IMG/VR virus record: IMGVR_UViG_3300034108_000261
Length of the DNA stretch: 64,000 nt
From: an uncultured virus (IMG/VR IMGVR_UViG_3300034108_000261)
Lineage: Duplodnaviria; Heunggongvirae; Uroviricota; Caudoviricetes
Strand: one strand, 5' to 3'
In this document: positions 18,922 to 28,975 of the stretch, piece by piece
Position numbering within the stretch: position 1 is the stretch's first letter
Layout: each line of letters opens with the position of its first letter
Position numbers and translations under genes: made by a program
Notes under the pieces: model-generated
Seen by the model: the letters and a program-made list of their open reading frames with translations, nothing else
What the model was told of the DNA's origin: nothing
Databases searched by the model: none

Positions 18922-20868
18922 TCACGAAATGTAAGGTCCAGGATCTTGGAACTTACCGTTTAAATTAATCTCGAAGTGTAGGTGATGTCCTGTAGAATTT
19001 CCAGTATTGTTGACCTGCATAATTTGCTGTCCTGCCTTTACCTTATCTCCCACTTTTACCTTGAGAGACCCCTCGTTTGCATGGGCATATACAGATGTAT
19101 AACCTCCACCATGATCAATGGTAATACGTAAACCATATCCAGAACCTTCACCATAGTGTTTACCTGCATTTTGCCAACCTGCTTTAATAACTGTACCATC
19201 TTTGACTGCGAAAACTGGAGTACCCTTTGGTGCTCCAATATCATACCCTTTATGTCCTGTAGATGCACCAGAGGTAGGTGCTTGCCTTGGTCCAGTTTTA
19301 CTTGTAATTCTACCCTTACCACCAGTTGGGTGAGTCCAACCTGCTTTATTGATCGGTCCAGGAGATGACGGAGATACACCATTTTGCTGATCTGCCTGCA
19401 CTTCAGGATCATCTGCTGCTGGTGGGGTTGGTGCGGGTGCACGTGTGATTGCTTGGAATGCCGTATGGAAAGAATCCTTAGCAATTTCCAAAATCATATT
19501 ATGTGCTACTGGAGTCATCTTGTGGTGAATCGCGGTAATCATCCATACACCAGAAAGAAAGGGATCCCAATGGTTTTTTGGATCTGATTTATCTGCACTG
19601 TCTCCGACCTTGGGATATTTAAAGTTGATAATCTTACCAACTTCAGCGTCAGTTCTTCCAGGAACTGTAATATGCATACGCAATCCAGAAATATCTTCAA
19701 GAACGCTTTGTCTCATACCCAACCATTTATCTGGTGCATAGTCTAGTAATTCATCGTCACTAGTAGTAAGAACTTTTCTATGCACAGGACGGAAGAAACG
19801 TTTAGACAATGCTGAACGAGTTACGTTGGCAGGATATGTCATATTATCTTTTGATTTCTCATCAAATGTTGCTTTACCATTTTCAATACGGTAATTTTCC
19901 ATATGAATAATATCAGGATATGAATATGAATAATCGTGTGGTGCGTTTGTCGCTTCTTTAATCATAATATCGAAAATTGTTGTAGTGCTGGCGAATCTTC
20001 CTTGATCCTGCGACTTTAGAATATCTACTTGTTCATTAAAACGAATATCAGATACAGTGTTGAAACCTTTGTCCAATCCTGGTTTGGAAGTATCAAAAGT
20101 TATTCCCCCAGTCAAATTTGTTTCAGGGTTGACAGGTTTTTGTAAATATACATACTCAGCAAATACAGAACTATCGTCTAATTGACTCTTAATCAAATTG
20201 TCAATAGAAGTAAAATAGAATTGTCTAGTAGTTTCATAGAACAAGAAACTCGGCGATTTTTGTTTAGCACCGATAGATCTTTGCGCTACATAATTGAGGC
20301 AACGGAATGGTGACCACATATTTGCAACGAATGCAATTTTACCCTCGTGTGGAGTATCTGCGATGACCATCGGAGTTTCATCTTTATTATCGATTCCACC
20401 GAAGCAACGTTTTTGCTTTAGATAATCAGTATAAAGTTTATCTGCGATTTCATCGGTAGTACCCTCGTACTTTTTACTTACTTGAGTAATATTATCACTG
20501 ACTGCTTCCATGGAACAGAAGTATAATGCATACATTTGTTCACGGTCAGCATTCAACATTCTATTCTTAATCGAATAAATTGAAAATGTCTTTTTGATAC
20601 TTTCACCATATTCATCACCAAAAGATGGAGTTTGGACCCAAAGATTTAAAAGTTCGTCTCCAACGAGAGGTAATCCAGAAAGAAGTTCTTTCGAGTCTAC
20701 AACAATCAGAACACCCTGTAGTGCATTGGAAAATATATCCTCATAGATGTTAAGTTCGACAATAAAATTTTTGATGTCAAGAACCTCGCCGTTGACACTT
20801 TGAATCTCAACAGTCTTAAAAGAAACGTCACCTGGATTTGATAACTGTTTTGATTTTGGATCCGACAT
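18922..20868 (-). CDS. Baseplate hub-like tail protein (gp27-like) fused to a C-terminal M23 peptidase
   Basis: ELNIYEDIF...LPLVGDE, FLFYET and SG.W.ITAI.H hub motifs; C-terminal HKGYD...YAH...TG.STG.HLHFE M23 motifs. Confidence 0.75.
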   Translation of the reverse strand: MSDPKSKQLSNPGDVSFKTVEIQSVNGEVLDIKNFIVELNIYEDIFSNALQGVLIVVDSKELLSGLPLVGDELLNLWVQTPSFGDEYGESIKKTFSIYSIKNRMLNADREQMYALYFCSMEAVSDNITQVSKKYEGTTDEIADKLYTDYLKQKRCFGGIDNKDETPMVIADTPHEGKIAFVANMWSPFRCLNYVAQRSIGAKQKSPSFLFYETTRQFYFTSIDNLIKSQLDDSSVFAEYVYLQKPVNPETNLTGGITFDTSKPGLDKGFNTVSDIRFNEQVDILKSQDQGRFASTTTIFDIMIKEATNAPHDYSYSYPDIIHMENYRIENGKATFDEKSKDNMTYPANVTRSALSKRFFRPVHRKVLTTSDDELLDYAPDKWLGMRQSVLEDISGLRMHITVPGRTDAEVGKIINFKYPKVGDSADKSDPKNHWDPFLSGVWMITAIHHKMTPVAHNMILEIAKDSFHTAFQAITRAPAPTPPAADDPEVQADQQNGVSPSSPGPINKAGWTHPTGGKGRITSKTGPRQAPTSGASTGHKGYDIGAPKGTPVFAVKDGTVIKAGWQNAGKHYGEGSGYGLRITIDHGGGYTSVYAHANEGSLKVKVGDKVKAGQQIMQVNNTGNSTGHHLHFEINLNGKFQDPGPYIS

Positions 20869-20869
20869 A

Positions 20870-21400
20870 TTATACTCTAATTAATCTTTGGAATTCCGAA
20901 ACAAACTTACCAATTAAATTCTTTGGAATATACTTTATTTGTCGCTTCTGCTCATTTAACTCGACTTCATAGTCCCAGTTCGAAACTGGTTCATGTTCAC
21001 CCGATAGAACTTTTGCCGAATTATAATCAACAATAATTCCTTGTGGGACACCTTGTGATGCAAGCATATCTGTAGTCCTGTAATGATGCACTGCTTGGTA
21101 TATATTATTCTCACCGTATTTTTCTACGCAATACGAATAAAGATCTTTATCTTTTCTTGGCCATTCTTCGCGAACATCAACGATATTGTTTGTCAGTAGT
21201 AGAACCCAATGATAATCTTCTCTTCCATACATTTTATATGCGAGCAATTCTGGAGTTTCTCCATTTTCAATGTAAGTTGTTTCTAAAAAGTCCACATTTT
21301 TAATAGGAGTTTTTGGTGCTACACGAAGAAAAATATCTGTGATGCCCTTATAGGTGCCATCGAACTTTCCTCTTAATACTGGAAATTGTCTAAAATACAT
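20870..21400 (-). CDS. gp53: Baseplate wedge subunit gp53
   Basis: MYF..FP, GETPE.LA...YG....HWVLLL.N, EWP, HHY, YE..LNE.KR.IK motifs. Confidence 0.9.
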   Translation of the reverse strand: MYFRQFPVLRGKFDGTYKGITDIFLRVAPKTPIKNVDFLETTYIENGETPELLAYKMYGREDYHWVLLLTNNIVDVREEWPRKDKDLYSYCVEKYGENNIYQAVHHYRTTDMLASQGVPQGIIVDYNSAKVLSGEHEPVSNWDYEVELNEQKRQIKYIPKNLIGKFVSEFQRLIRV

Positions 21401-21401
21401 C

Positions 21402-22514
21402 TTAATATCCTTGATTGACTCTTTGTGCAGTCATTAGTTCTAGTTCTAAGAATTCTAGACGCATAGTCGCATGGGTTGGCATACCATTATCGAATGTAGT
21501 AAATCCAGTATCACTTCCATAATCTATTGTCATATTAGTAAGAACGCAAGTGGAAATTTTGCGAACAAATTGGTTTTCTTTTCCTGCATGATAATATACA
21601 ATGGTAAATTCTGAAGGATAGTTGAAGAAGTATCCAGAGTCTTTGAGTTCTGGATGCATATGATATGCAAACTTTTGAATGATTCCCATACTATCCCCCT
21701 TTCCGCCAGTTGTGCGATTAAAAATCGCCTTTGCTTCTGCTTCACTTCTTGGGGCAAAATTATATTCGAATATAAAAGATCTATTACTCATCGATTTGAA
21801 GAATTGTTCTTTGTATGGGTTGGTCACAGTTTTAGTTGTGGATTCTAGCACTTTATTAACATCAAGCGCATTGTCGCTTAAAACTTTAGAAATTTTACCG
21901 CCTGAACGTAATGCCAGTTTCATGTTATCTGTACTTAGTGGATTCATTGCACCCAAGAGAGACTGGTTACCAGCACCGATCGCACCGAGCAATGTGCCCA
22001 TTTCACCTTCTTTCCAAGTTGCTCGATATCCTGCAGACATTTTATTTTCAGGCATCTGTAGAGCAATGGCACCAGCACCTGTATATAGTTCCTGATTACC
22101 TGACAATGCTCCGATGGCACCACCAACAAGTCCACCACCTAAAGTTTTTGCTGCAACGCTACCAAGGCGACCCAAAAGACTAACGCCACCAGCATTTTTA
22201 CCGCCACCATTAGTCAACTGTTCTGCGATGCCAAGACCAGCACCAATACCTGCACCTAGAGCAGCAGTTTGAGCAGTGGCATTTTTTGGTTGTTGTGTAT
22301 TTTGCTGACTTTTATCAAAGACCTGTCCACCATTGTTCTTGAACGATTCACCAAGACGAGAACCTTCTCTTACCAATGGATAAAAGACAACATAATGCGG
22401 GGATTGCGTTTCTACATCAAGTGGATACCGAAGCGCACTGCCACTATCGATTCCATATTTTTGAATGTGCGCTTCTCTCGCATCATCTTTTGGCGTAAAT
22501 TTGATTTGCGACAC
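21402..22514 (-). CDS. gp48: Baseplate tail-tube cap gp48
   Basis: LRYP, NPYKEQFF...RSF.FEY.FAPRS..EA, YPSEF, CVLTNM.IDY, L.F.E.E motifs. Confidence 0.85.
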   Translation of the reverse strand: MSQIKFTPKDDAREAHIQKYGIDSGSALRYPLDVETQSPHYVVFYPLVREGSRLGESFKNNGGQVFDKSQQNTQQPKNATAQTAALGAGIGAGLGIAEQLTNGGGKNAGGVSLLGRLGSVAAKTLGGGLVGGAIGALSGNQELYTGAGAIALQMPENKMSAGYRATWKEGEMGTLLGAIGAGNQSLLGAMNPLSTDNMKLALRSGGKISKVLSDNALDVNKVLESTTKTVTNPYKEQFFKSMSNRSFIFEYNFAPRSEAEAKAIFNRTTGGKGDSMGIIQKFAYHMHPELKDSGYFFNYPSEFTIVYYHAGKENQFVRKISTCVLTNMTIDYGSDTGFTTFDNGMPTHATMRLEFLELELMTAQRVNQGY

Positions 22515-22546
22515 GAATAAATATCCCTTAGATTGGTATTTTCTTA

Positions 22547-22554
22547 TATTTATA
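22547..22554 (-). promoter_or_regulatory. T4-type late promoter TATAAATA for the gp48 operon, overlapping a divergent AATAAATA (about 22516-22523, + strand) for gp4
   Basis: Exact motif seen in the short divergent intergenic region. Confidence 0.7.
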
Positions 22555-22997
22555 TGGTTTATTCAAAAGATTCACTCAAAGGCAGATATAATATACAGAA
22601 ACCCAATAAGTATATCGGGGATCCGAGCAACATCATCTTCCGTTCTAGTTACGAACTAAAGTTTATGAAATGGTGTGATGCGAATGATAATGTTTCGGAG
22701 TGGGGTTCAGAAGAACTTGCAATACCATATAGATCTCCTGTTGATGGAAGAGTCCATAGATACTTCGTCGACTTCTATATTAAAGTCAATGATCAACGTT
22801 ACTTGATAGAAATTAAACCTGCTAAGTTTACGCAGGAACCCAAAATCCCAAAACGAAGAACAAAACAGTTTCTCCAAGAAGTAATGAATTGGGGTGTGAA
22901 TCAAGCAAAGTGGAAAGCAGCAACTGAATTCTGTTTAGATAGAAAATGGAAATTCCTGATATTAACTGAAAAAGAATTGGGAATAACGAATAAATAG
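22554..22997 (+). CDS. gp4: Head completion nuclease gp4 (TnsA-like)
   Basis: KY.GDPSNIIFRSSYE.KFM.WCD...WGSEE..IPY.SP.DGRVHRYFVDF...EIKP...NQAKW.AA. ATG 22554 preferred over the ORF-track start at 22533. Confidence 0.92.
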   Translation: MVYSKDSLKGRYNIQKPNKYIGDPSNIIFRSSYELKFMKWCDANDNVSEWGSEELAIPYRSPVDGRVHRYFVDFYIKVNDQRYLIEIKPAKFTQEPKIPKRRTKQFLQEVMNWGVNQAKWKAATEFCLDRKWKFLILTEKELGITNK

Positions 22998-23002
22998 TTA
23001 TT

Positions 23003-23575
23003 ATGGCAAATCCTTTCGAAAACCTTCGTGCTAAAGCTGGGGATGGACAAAAGTCTATCTGGTGGTATATGCGCAATGCTCAAAAATTAGTCGGCGCGAG
23101 TTTATCGCCGAATACAGCAATGCAATCTGATATTGGAGAACTAAAGTCAAACATCGAAATCGGTTCGATGTATATGTACTATTACGATCCAAAATGGAAA
23201 AACGAATTACCATTCTATGATGCCTTCCCGTTAGTGCTGCCATTCGGTCCAGCACCTGGAGGGTTTTATGGTATCAATCTGCACTACGCACCATATCTGG
23301 TAAGAGGAAAGATTCTAGGCGAGTTGCTTGATTACACAAATTCAAAAACATTTAGTCCCACTACCAAAATTCAAATGTCGTATCAAATGTTACAGAGCAT
23401 TAGCACTGCAAATGAGGTTAAACCTTGCATCAAGCATTATTTGACAACTCATGTGCAATCAAGATTTATGAAGATAAATCCCATCGACTGGAAAAGTGCC
23501 ATATTTTTACCCCTTGAAGCATTCCAGAAAAAAACAAAAGAAGAAGTATTCAGAGACTCGAGGAGTAAATACTAA
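23003..23575 (+). CDS. gp2: DNA end protector protein gp2
   Basis: YYYDPK.K..LPFYD.FPLV...GFYGINLHY...KPCIKHYL..HV.S motifs. Confidence 0.92.
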   Translation: MANPFENLRAKAGDGQKSIWWYMRNAQKLVGASLSPNTAMQSDIGELKSNIEIGSMYMYYYDPKWKNELPFYDAFPLVLPFGPAPGGFYGINLHYAPYLVRGKILGELLDYTNSKTFSPTTKIQMSYQMLQSISTANEVKPCIKHYLTTHVQSRFMKINPIDWKSAIFLPLEAFQKKTKEEVFRDSRSKY

Positions 23576-24279
23576 TGGCAGCGGCAGGCAACGGGATACA
23601 AGAATTTCTCGCAGAAGTGGGTGCAAAGGACTTAGCACGTTCACACAGATTCGAAGTAATTCTCGGCACACCGAAATGTATGAATGGTTTGGAAAATAGC
23701 ATTACCAATGCACTTCTAAATATTCCTGGAGTTCCAGAAGCATCAGAATTTCTTCTGGGACAGAAAAACACTCCCGAAAATAATAACACTGCTTATACAT
23801 CACTAATGTGCGAAGAAGCAATCTTTCCTGGATTAGTGATGGGTTCAAAACCATTCAAGTATAATAACCGTGTCGAGAATCGAGCAACTTTTCTAGACTA
23901 TACTGGCGAATCTGCAACATTTACTTTCCTTTGTGATAAAGACTGGAAAGTAAAGAAATACTTCGACACATGGATGCGCAAGATCGTAAATCCTGAGAAA
24001 CGATATGTTGGATATTATGAGGATTATACGTGTCAAATCGTTTTAAATTCACTGGATCAAAACGACCAAGTAACACAAACATGGATCATGGAAGAAGCAT
24101 GGCCTAGAGCAATGGCACCTGTTTCATTAGCATGGTCCAATACACAATTCGTTAGACTGCCAATAACCTTTACATTTAGAAATTGGAGACTGCAGCAAAA
24201 TGTCGGATCAAGAATGGAAAATGTGCTTGGTGGACTGGCTGGCGATACATATGCGGACAGAGGGCAACCCCTCGGATAA
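23575..24279 (+). CDS. Tail-tube initiator / tail-tube family protein (gp54/gp19-like)
   Basis: LARSHRFEV, CE....PG, TF.CD.D...K.YFD.W, YY..Y, AWP....V.L.W, TFTFR.W motifs. Confidence 0.75.
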   Translation: MAAAGNGIQEFLAEVGAKDLARSHRFEVILGTPKCMNGLENSITNALLNIPGVPEASEFLLGQKNTPENNNTAYTSLMCEEAIFPGLVMGSKPFKYNNRVENRATFLDYTGESATFTFLCDKDWKVKKYFDTWMRKIVNPEKRYVGYYEDYTCQIVLNSLDQNDQVTQTWIMEEAWPRAMAPVSLAWSNTQFVRLPITFTFRNWRLQQNVGSRMENVLGGLAGDTYADRGQPLG

Positions 24280-24296
24280 ATTATTAGGAGAATATT

Positions 24297-24977
24297 ATGT
24301 TACCTGTTATGGAAACACCAACGTTTTACGTTGAAATGATTGGAAGTAAAGAGCGAGTTAAATTCAGACCATTCTTAGTTAGAGAAGAAAAGTTGCTGAT
24401 CATGGCATCAGAATCTGAAGATCAATCTGAAATGTTAAACGTGATGCAAGAAATTGTCGACGTTTGTAGTTTCGGTAAATTGGTAGGCAAAGATCTCCCG
24501 TTCTTTGAACTCCAAAATATCTTCATTAAACTTCGCTCTGAATCTATTGGTCAGATTACCGAGTTTAATTTGGTATGTGGTGAGTGCGGTCATAAGACTG
24601 CAGCGGAACTTGACTTGACAACAATTAAACCCACCATTACCGAGGGTCATACAAATAAAATCGATTTCGGAAACGGTCTTGGGGTTATTATGCGGTATCC
24701 AACTTCGATCGATATGGGAGGCGATTCCGTAACATATGATTTAGTAGTTTCTTGCATCGATAGTGTCTACACTACAGATGAAGTCTTCACAACTAAAGAT
24801 ATTCAACGAAAAGACGTAGAGCAATTTGTTGACAATCTAACCTCTTCACAGTTTAAGAAGATTACAGAATTCTTTCTTTCTATGCCCAGAGTCGAACATA
24901 AGATTGAGTACGATTGCTCGAACTGTTCAACAAATAATGTAATTTTCCTCGACGGTGTAGAAAGTTTTTTCGAATAA
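24297..24977 (+). CDS. gp26: Baseplate hub subunit/chaperone gp26
   Basis: KFRPFLVREEKLL..A.ES, LRS.S.G, CGEC, MRYP, FF..MP, CSNC...G...FF motifs. Confidence 0.9.
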   Translation: MLPVMETPTFYVEMIGSKERVKFRPFLVREEKLLIMASESEDQSEMLNVMQEIVDVCSFGKLVGKDLPFFELQNIFIKLRSESIGQITEFNLVCGECGHKTAAELDLTTIKPTITEGHTNKIDFGNGLGVIMRYPTSIDMGGDSVTYDLVVSCIDSVYTTDEVFTTKDIQRKDVEQFVDNLTSSQFKKITEFFLSMPRVEHKIEYDCSNCSTNNVIFLDGVESFFE

Positions 24978-24994
24978 CCCTTTCTCATGACAAC

Positions 24995-25153
24995 ATGAGG
25001 AATCATTATAAGACCAACTTTATTTTAATGCACGAACATAAATATTCGTTAAGTGAACTTGAAAATATGATTCCTTGGGAAAGGGAAGTTTATGTTGGTT
25101 TATTGGCAATGCACTTAAAAGAAAAAGCAGATAAGCAAAGGCAGCAACAATAA
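24995..25153 (+). CDS. gp51: gp51-like small baseplate hub assembly protein (possibly made as a -1 frameshift extension of gp26)
   Basis: Read manually: MRNHYKTNFILMHEHKYSLSELENMIPWEREVYVGLLAMHLKEKADKQRQQQ (52 aa, below the ORF-track cutoff). KYSL.ELENMIPWER is the conserved motif of this family. Confidence 0.8.
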   Translation: MRNHYKTNFILMHEHKYSLSELENMIPWEREVYVGLLAMHLKEKADKQRQQQ

Positions 25154-27819
25154 TGGAAACCAAGTCCGCATCAGAAAGATTTGCGAGGGTAATAGAAACC
25201 GCCAAGAACACTTCGAGTTCTGGTGAAAAACCAATGCAATCTGAAGAAAAGGACAAATTGTTCTCTGAAGTTCGCAAGGTTCTAGATCTTAATAAGAATA
25301 GACCTGCTGATAAGGAAGCATCTGCAAGATTGGTAAATAGTTTTATTCAATCTATCGAAAGGAATACATCTGATGTAATCCGCACAATGGAATCCCAAGA
25401 CAAGAAACTCATGGAGGATACGTTGGATGCAATTACAAAATTGCAATTCAAGACGGTCGACGAGTTTAAGAAATCACTCAAAGACATCAATGACCTTGCA
25501 TCAAAAATGATTGCTAGAAGCGAAAGTGGTGGTCCAGGACAACTTGGTGAAATTGGTAAAGAGTTACAACAGCAAGCTCTAGGCGAACGCTTCAAGGCAG
25601 AAGGATTAACACTAGAAGGTAAAGACGACACATTCGTCAATCGTCTGAAACAAGAATTGTTTGGAAACTCAAAAGAACCTGGAAGAGAAGGCACGCCAAC
25701 TAAAGGATTCAGAGAAGGTTTCAAAAACGCTGGCAGCGAATTCATGGGCGGATTCAAGAAAGGATTGACGCCGCAGAGCGGAGTTCTTGGGAGCATATTC
25801 AAATCTCAAGAATCCCGTCGCGAAGAAATTCGTAATGAAACCAATCAATCGAATGAAAGACTTTCAGAAGTAGAACGTTTAAAGAAAATGTTTTCTGAGG
25901 CAATCGGTAGCAAAACAGAAACCAATAAGTCTACCAATAATAATTCAACGACGACCAGTCAGTCAACCAATGACGTTAATAAGTCAACGACGACCAATCA
26001 GTCTGCCAATGACGTTAATAAGTCAACGACGACCAGTCAGTCTTCGTCAAATGACACCGCAACAGAAACGAATCAGTCTGCAAGTCAATCTGTTGCAGAA
26101 TTTACATCTGTAGATAAAATGGTAAATCTTACTGAAGAACAAAAGAAGATTTTAGAGCAGCAAGGCATCAAACCATCTTCCGAGAAAGATTTCTCGTATA
26201 GAAAAGATGGTAAACCTGTTTCAATGGAAGAGATTAATAAAACTCTGGAAGCAAAACACAAAGAATCTATACAACCAAAGGTAAAGATTCAATCTGCAAA
26301 AGGTGGAGTTGTAGTAGGAGATAAGAATGATGTTGCATCTATCTTAACTGAAATCAAACAACTCATCACAGAGATTAAAGATAAGTTATTCAAACGTGCT
26401 GGTGTTGCACCTTCTGGCAAAAAACAGTTAGACCCAAGTTCCAGCGTAAAAGATGTAATGACTCGCAACAAAATAGCACAGGCAGAAGCAGAACAAGCAT
26501 CTGCAGACGCCCAAAAACGTGCTGAAAATATTGATAAACAAAACGCCGAAAAGGCATCTGCAACAGTAGAAGCGAAAGAACAATCTACCCCGAAAGTAGT
26601 TATCGGCGGAACAGAATCTGCAAACACTAGAGTCACACCAGAAACTCCTACAACTGGTAACGGTGAGCAAGATGAAGGTGGAGGATCTCTGTTTGGCGGG
26701 ATCGCTGCTGGGTATGCTGGGTTCAAAGCTGGCGGTCAGGGTCTATTTAAAAAACTAGAAAATCAAAGATACTCTAGTCGTCTCTCCAACTTTGGTGCAA
26801 AAGCAGGTGGTGTATTCGAGAGAGGCACCAATGCAGTAGATGGTGCTGTTGATCGAGTAAGGGGAACTGCAAATACTCTGAGAACAAAGGCGACTGACCT
26901 TGTTAAAAACAGAGGTTTACGAGCAGAACAATTATTAGACAAGAATGGTAGACCTCTTGCTGGTGCTGCTAAGCAGTCTCGAATTGGTAAAGTGATGCGA
27001 GATCGTATTGCGGGAGTTAGTGAAAGCGGTAAAGGGATGTTTAATAAAGCATCTCAATTTATCGGCAAAAACACCGCAAAGGGTGCCACCGCTGGTAAAA
27101 TTGCTGAGAGTGGTATGGGCATGCTCAGTAAAGCAAAAGGTGCTATCAGCAAGGTCGCAGAAAAGGGAATGTCTAAAGTTGGTGGCAAGATTGCTACAAA
27201 GGGTGCTGCTAAAATAGGCGCAAAGGCAGTTGGTAAATCTCTACTGAAAAAGATTCCAATTATTGGTGCAATTGCTGGTCTTGGGTTTGGTGCCATGCGT
27301 GCACTACAAGGAGACTTCGTTGGCGCTGCAGGTGAAGTAGCGTCGGGTGTCGCCTCTACTGTTCCTGGAGCGGGAACTGCTGCGTCATTTGCAATTGACG
27401 CTGGTCTTGCAGCAAGAGATATTTCCAGAGCAGGTAATGAAGACTCAACAGAGGGTTCAACTGAATCCGTCGACGGAGCGAGAGCAGAAGGTGGTCCAGT
27501 ATCTGCCAAGGGTTCATATCTGGTTGGTGAAAATGGACCAGAATTATTCACACCTAATACAGCAGGTTCAATTAAAACTAATCAAATTACCAAGAGCAAT
27601 TTGGAAACTGGGAATAATACTGCTGCGGCGAATTTAAAAGAAATGACAGATAGTGCTAGAGAAGATACTGCGCCAGTTATTAATGTTCCACCACCAACTG
27701 TAATTCAACAACCTGCTGCACCGCAACAAAATAATGGTAGCGGATCTCTACCGATGGATACGGTCAGAACTGAAGACAGTAGTTGGCAAAGGTTCCAGAA
27801 TAAAAGATCTTTCGGATAA
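25153..27819 (+). CDS. Tape-measure-like / tail-length protein (gp29 position)
   Basis: 888 aa, helical and Ala/Gly/Lys rich; KKIPIIG..AGL.FG segment and ARAEGGPV....YLVGENGPELFTP motif typical of tape-measure C-termini; follows gp26/gp51. Confidence 0.65.
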   Translation: METKSASERFARVIETAKNTSSSGEKPMQSEEKDKLFSEVRKVLDLNKNRPADKEASARLVNSFIQSIERNTSDVIRTMESQDKKLMEDTLDAITKLQFKTVDEFKKSLKDINDLASKMIARSESGGPGQLGEIGKELQQQALGERFKAEGLTLEGKDDTFVNRLKQELFGNSKEPGREGTPTKGFREGFKNAGSEFMGGFKKGLTPQSGVLGSIFKSQESRREEIRNETNQSNERLSEVERLKKMFSEAIGSKTETNKSTNNNSTTTSQSTNDVNKSTTTNQSANDVNKSTTTSQSSSNDTATETNQSASQSVAEFTSVDKMVNLTEEQKKILEQQGIKPSSEKDFSYRKDGKPVSMEEINKTLEAKHKESIQPKVKIQSAKGGVVVGDKNDVASILTEIKQLITEIKDKLFKRAGVAPSGKKQLDPSSSVKDVMTRNKIAQAEAEQASADAQKRAENIDKQNAEKASATVEAKEQSTPKVVIGGTESANTRVTPETPTTGNGEQDEGGGSLFGGIAAGYAGFKAGGQGLFKKLENQRYSSRLSNFGAKAGGVFERGTNAVDGAVDRVRGTANTLRTKATDLVKNRGLRAEQLLDKNGRPLAGAAKQSRIGKVMRDRIAGVSESGKGMFNKASQFIGKNTAKGATAGKIAESGMGMLSKAKGAISKVAEKGMSKVGGKIATKGAAKIGAKAVGKSLLKKIPIIGAIAGLGFGAMRALQGDFVGAAGEVASGVASTVPGAGTAASFAIDAGLAARDISRAGNEDSTEGSTESVDGARAEGGPVSAKGSYLVGENGPELFTPNTAGSIKTNQITKSNLETGNNTAAANLKEMTDSAREDTAPVINVPPPTVIQQPAAPQQNNGSGSLPMDTVRTEDSSWQRFQNKRSFG
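25945..26043 (+). repeat. About 2.5 copies of a 39-nt (13-aa, STTTSQS.NDVNK) coding tandem repeat
   Basis: tcaacgacgacc recurs at 25945, 25984 and 26023. Confidence 0.85.
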
Positions 27820-27852
27820 AAAAAGGGGGACAATTAAGTCCCCCTTTTCATT
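27818..27852. terminator. Bidirectional intrinsic terminator between convergent genes
   Basis: aaaaaa-gggggac-aattaa-gtccccc-ttttcatttt. Confidence 0.85.
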
Positions 27853-28773
27853 TTAGTCGTCAGCGAGACTCGAGAAGTAACTCATCGTGTCATCGTCACT
27901 GTCTTCCTTCCATGGCGGCGAATCATCGGTCACCGTAGAAGTTGCAGACTTCATCTTAGTTTCAACGAACAGTTCGTCTTCAGCATCCAGCGGATTAACC
28001 TTCTCGGCAGTTGCTACGCGAGCACCACCCGAAAGGACTGCATTCAACTTCGCCTTCAGTTCGTCATATGACTTGAAGTTTGAAGGATCGAGGAACGCTG
28101 CGAGAGAATGGGTCTTACCCCAGATCTGCTCCAACTTATCTTCGTCATCAGACAAAGGAGTTGGTCCATCAAATTCCGATTTATCGTAGTTACGATAACC
28201 TTCAACCTGACGAATGCGCAACTTGAAGTTAGCACCTTCCCATAGATCGAACGGATTGACTGGTTGTTCATCTTCGAACGTAGGTTGCATCACGTCCTTA
28301 ATCTTATCGAAGATCTTCTTACCGTACTTATACAGGAAGACCTTACCTTCGTTCTCTGGATTCGCGGGATCGCGAATAACAAGGACGTTCGAGATGTAAG
28401 TGAGGCGACGCTTCTGCTTGCGAGCAATTTCCTTGTTCGCTTCGACGCCTGAGTTCCACAGTTCGGAATTCAGTTCGCCAACAGGATCTGGTTTGTTGAG
28501 AGTAGTAAGCGAGTTTTCGATATACCACTTACCAGTTGGACCTTGGAAACCATGGTCCCATACGCGAACCCACGGAAGTTCTTCACCTGCAGGAGCAGGG
28601 AGGAAGCGAAGCACTGCTTGACCGTTACCTGCCTTATCGACAGTCGGTTTCCAGAAACGATCATCGTCTCCACGCTTTTCTGTAGTGGGGTTTGCGATTG
28701 ACTCGACTGCCTTCATGAGCGAGTCAAAATTTCCGCGTTGCTTGCGGAGTTCGGATAGAGAATTACTTGACAT
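27853..28773 (-). CDS. gp32: Single-stranded DNA-binding protein gp32
   Basis: DDRFWKP..DKAGNG.AV.RFLPA, HGFQGP.GKWYIENSLTT, YKYGKKIFDKI, NYDKSEF motifs and acidic C-terminus. Confidence 0.96.
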   Translation of the reverse strand: MSSNSLSELRKQRGNFDSLMKAVESIANPTTEKRGDDDRFWKPTVDKAGNGQAVLRFLPAPAGEELPWVRVWDHGFQGPTGKWYIENSLTTLNKPDPVGELNSELWNSGVEANKEIARKQKRRLTYISNVLVIRDPANPENEGKVFLYKYGKKIFDKIKDVMQPTFEDEQPVNPFDLWEGANFKLRIRQVEGYRNYDKSEFDGPTPLSDDEDKLEQIWGKTHSLAAFLDPSNFKSYDELKAKLNAVLSGGARVATAEKVNPLDAEDELFVETKMKSATSTVTDDSPPWKEDSDDDTMSYFSSLADD

Positions 28774-28808
28774 ATGTATTGTCCTTATGTTTGCGTTGTA
28801 TGTTTGGT

Positions 28809-28973
28809 TTATTTTGTATCATAATATAAATCTTCATCAGGATCTTCATCCCGATTAGTATAGTATTTATACAAATTATTTTTGCTTTTACGTATTTTAT
28901 TTACGTCTTTTTCATTATGTCTAATGCGGTCGGAACCACGGTCGTCATAATCGCTTCTACGAGACTTACCCAT
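28809..28973 (-). CDS. Small hypothetical protein (54 aa)
   Basis: Read manually: MGKSRRSDYDDRGSDRIRHNEK...DLYYDTK; fills the gp59-gp32 gap. Confidence 0.55.
   Translation of the reverse strand: MGKSRRSDYDDRGSDRIRHNEKDVNKIRKSKNNLYKYYTNRDEDPDEDLYYDTK
28864..28871 (-). promoter_or_regulatory. T4-type late promoter TATAAATA upstream of gp32
   Basis: Exact motif on the minus strand about 90 nt before the gp32 ATG. Confidence 0.55.
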
Positions 28974-28975
28974 AG

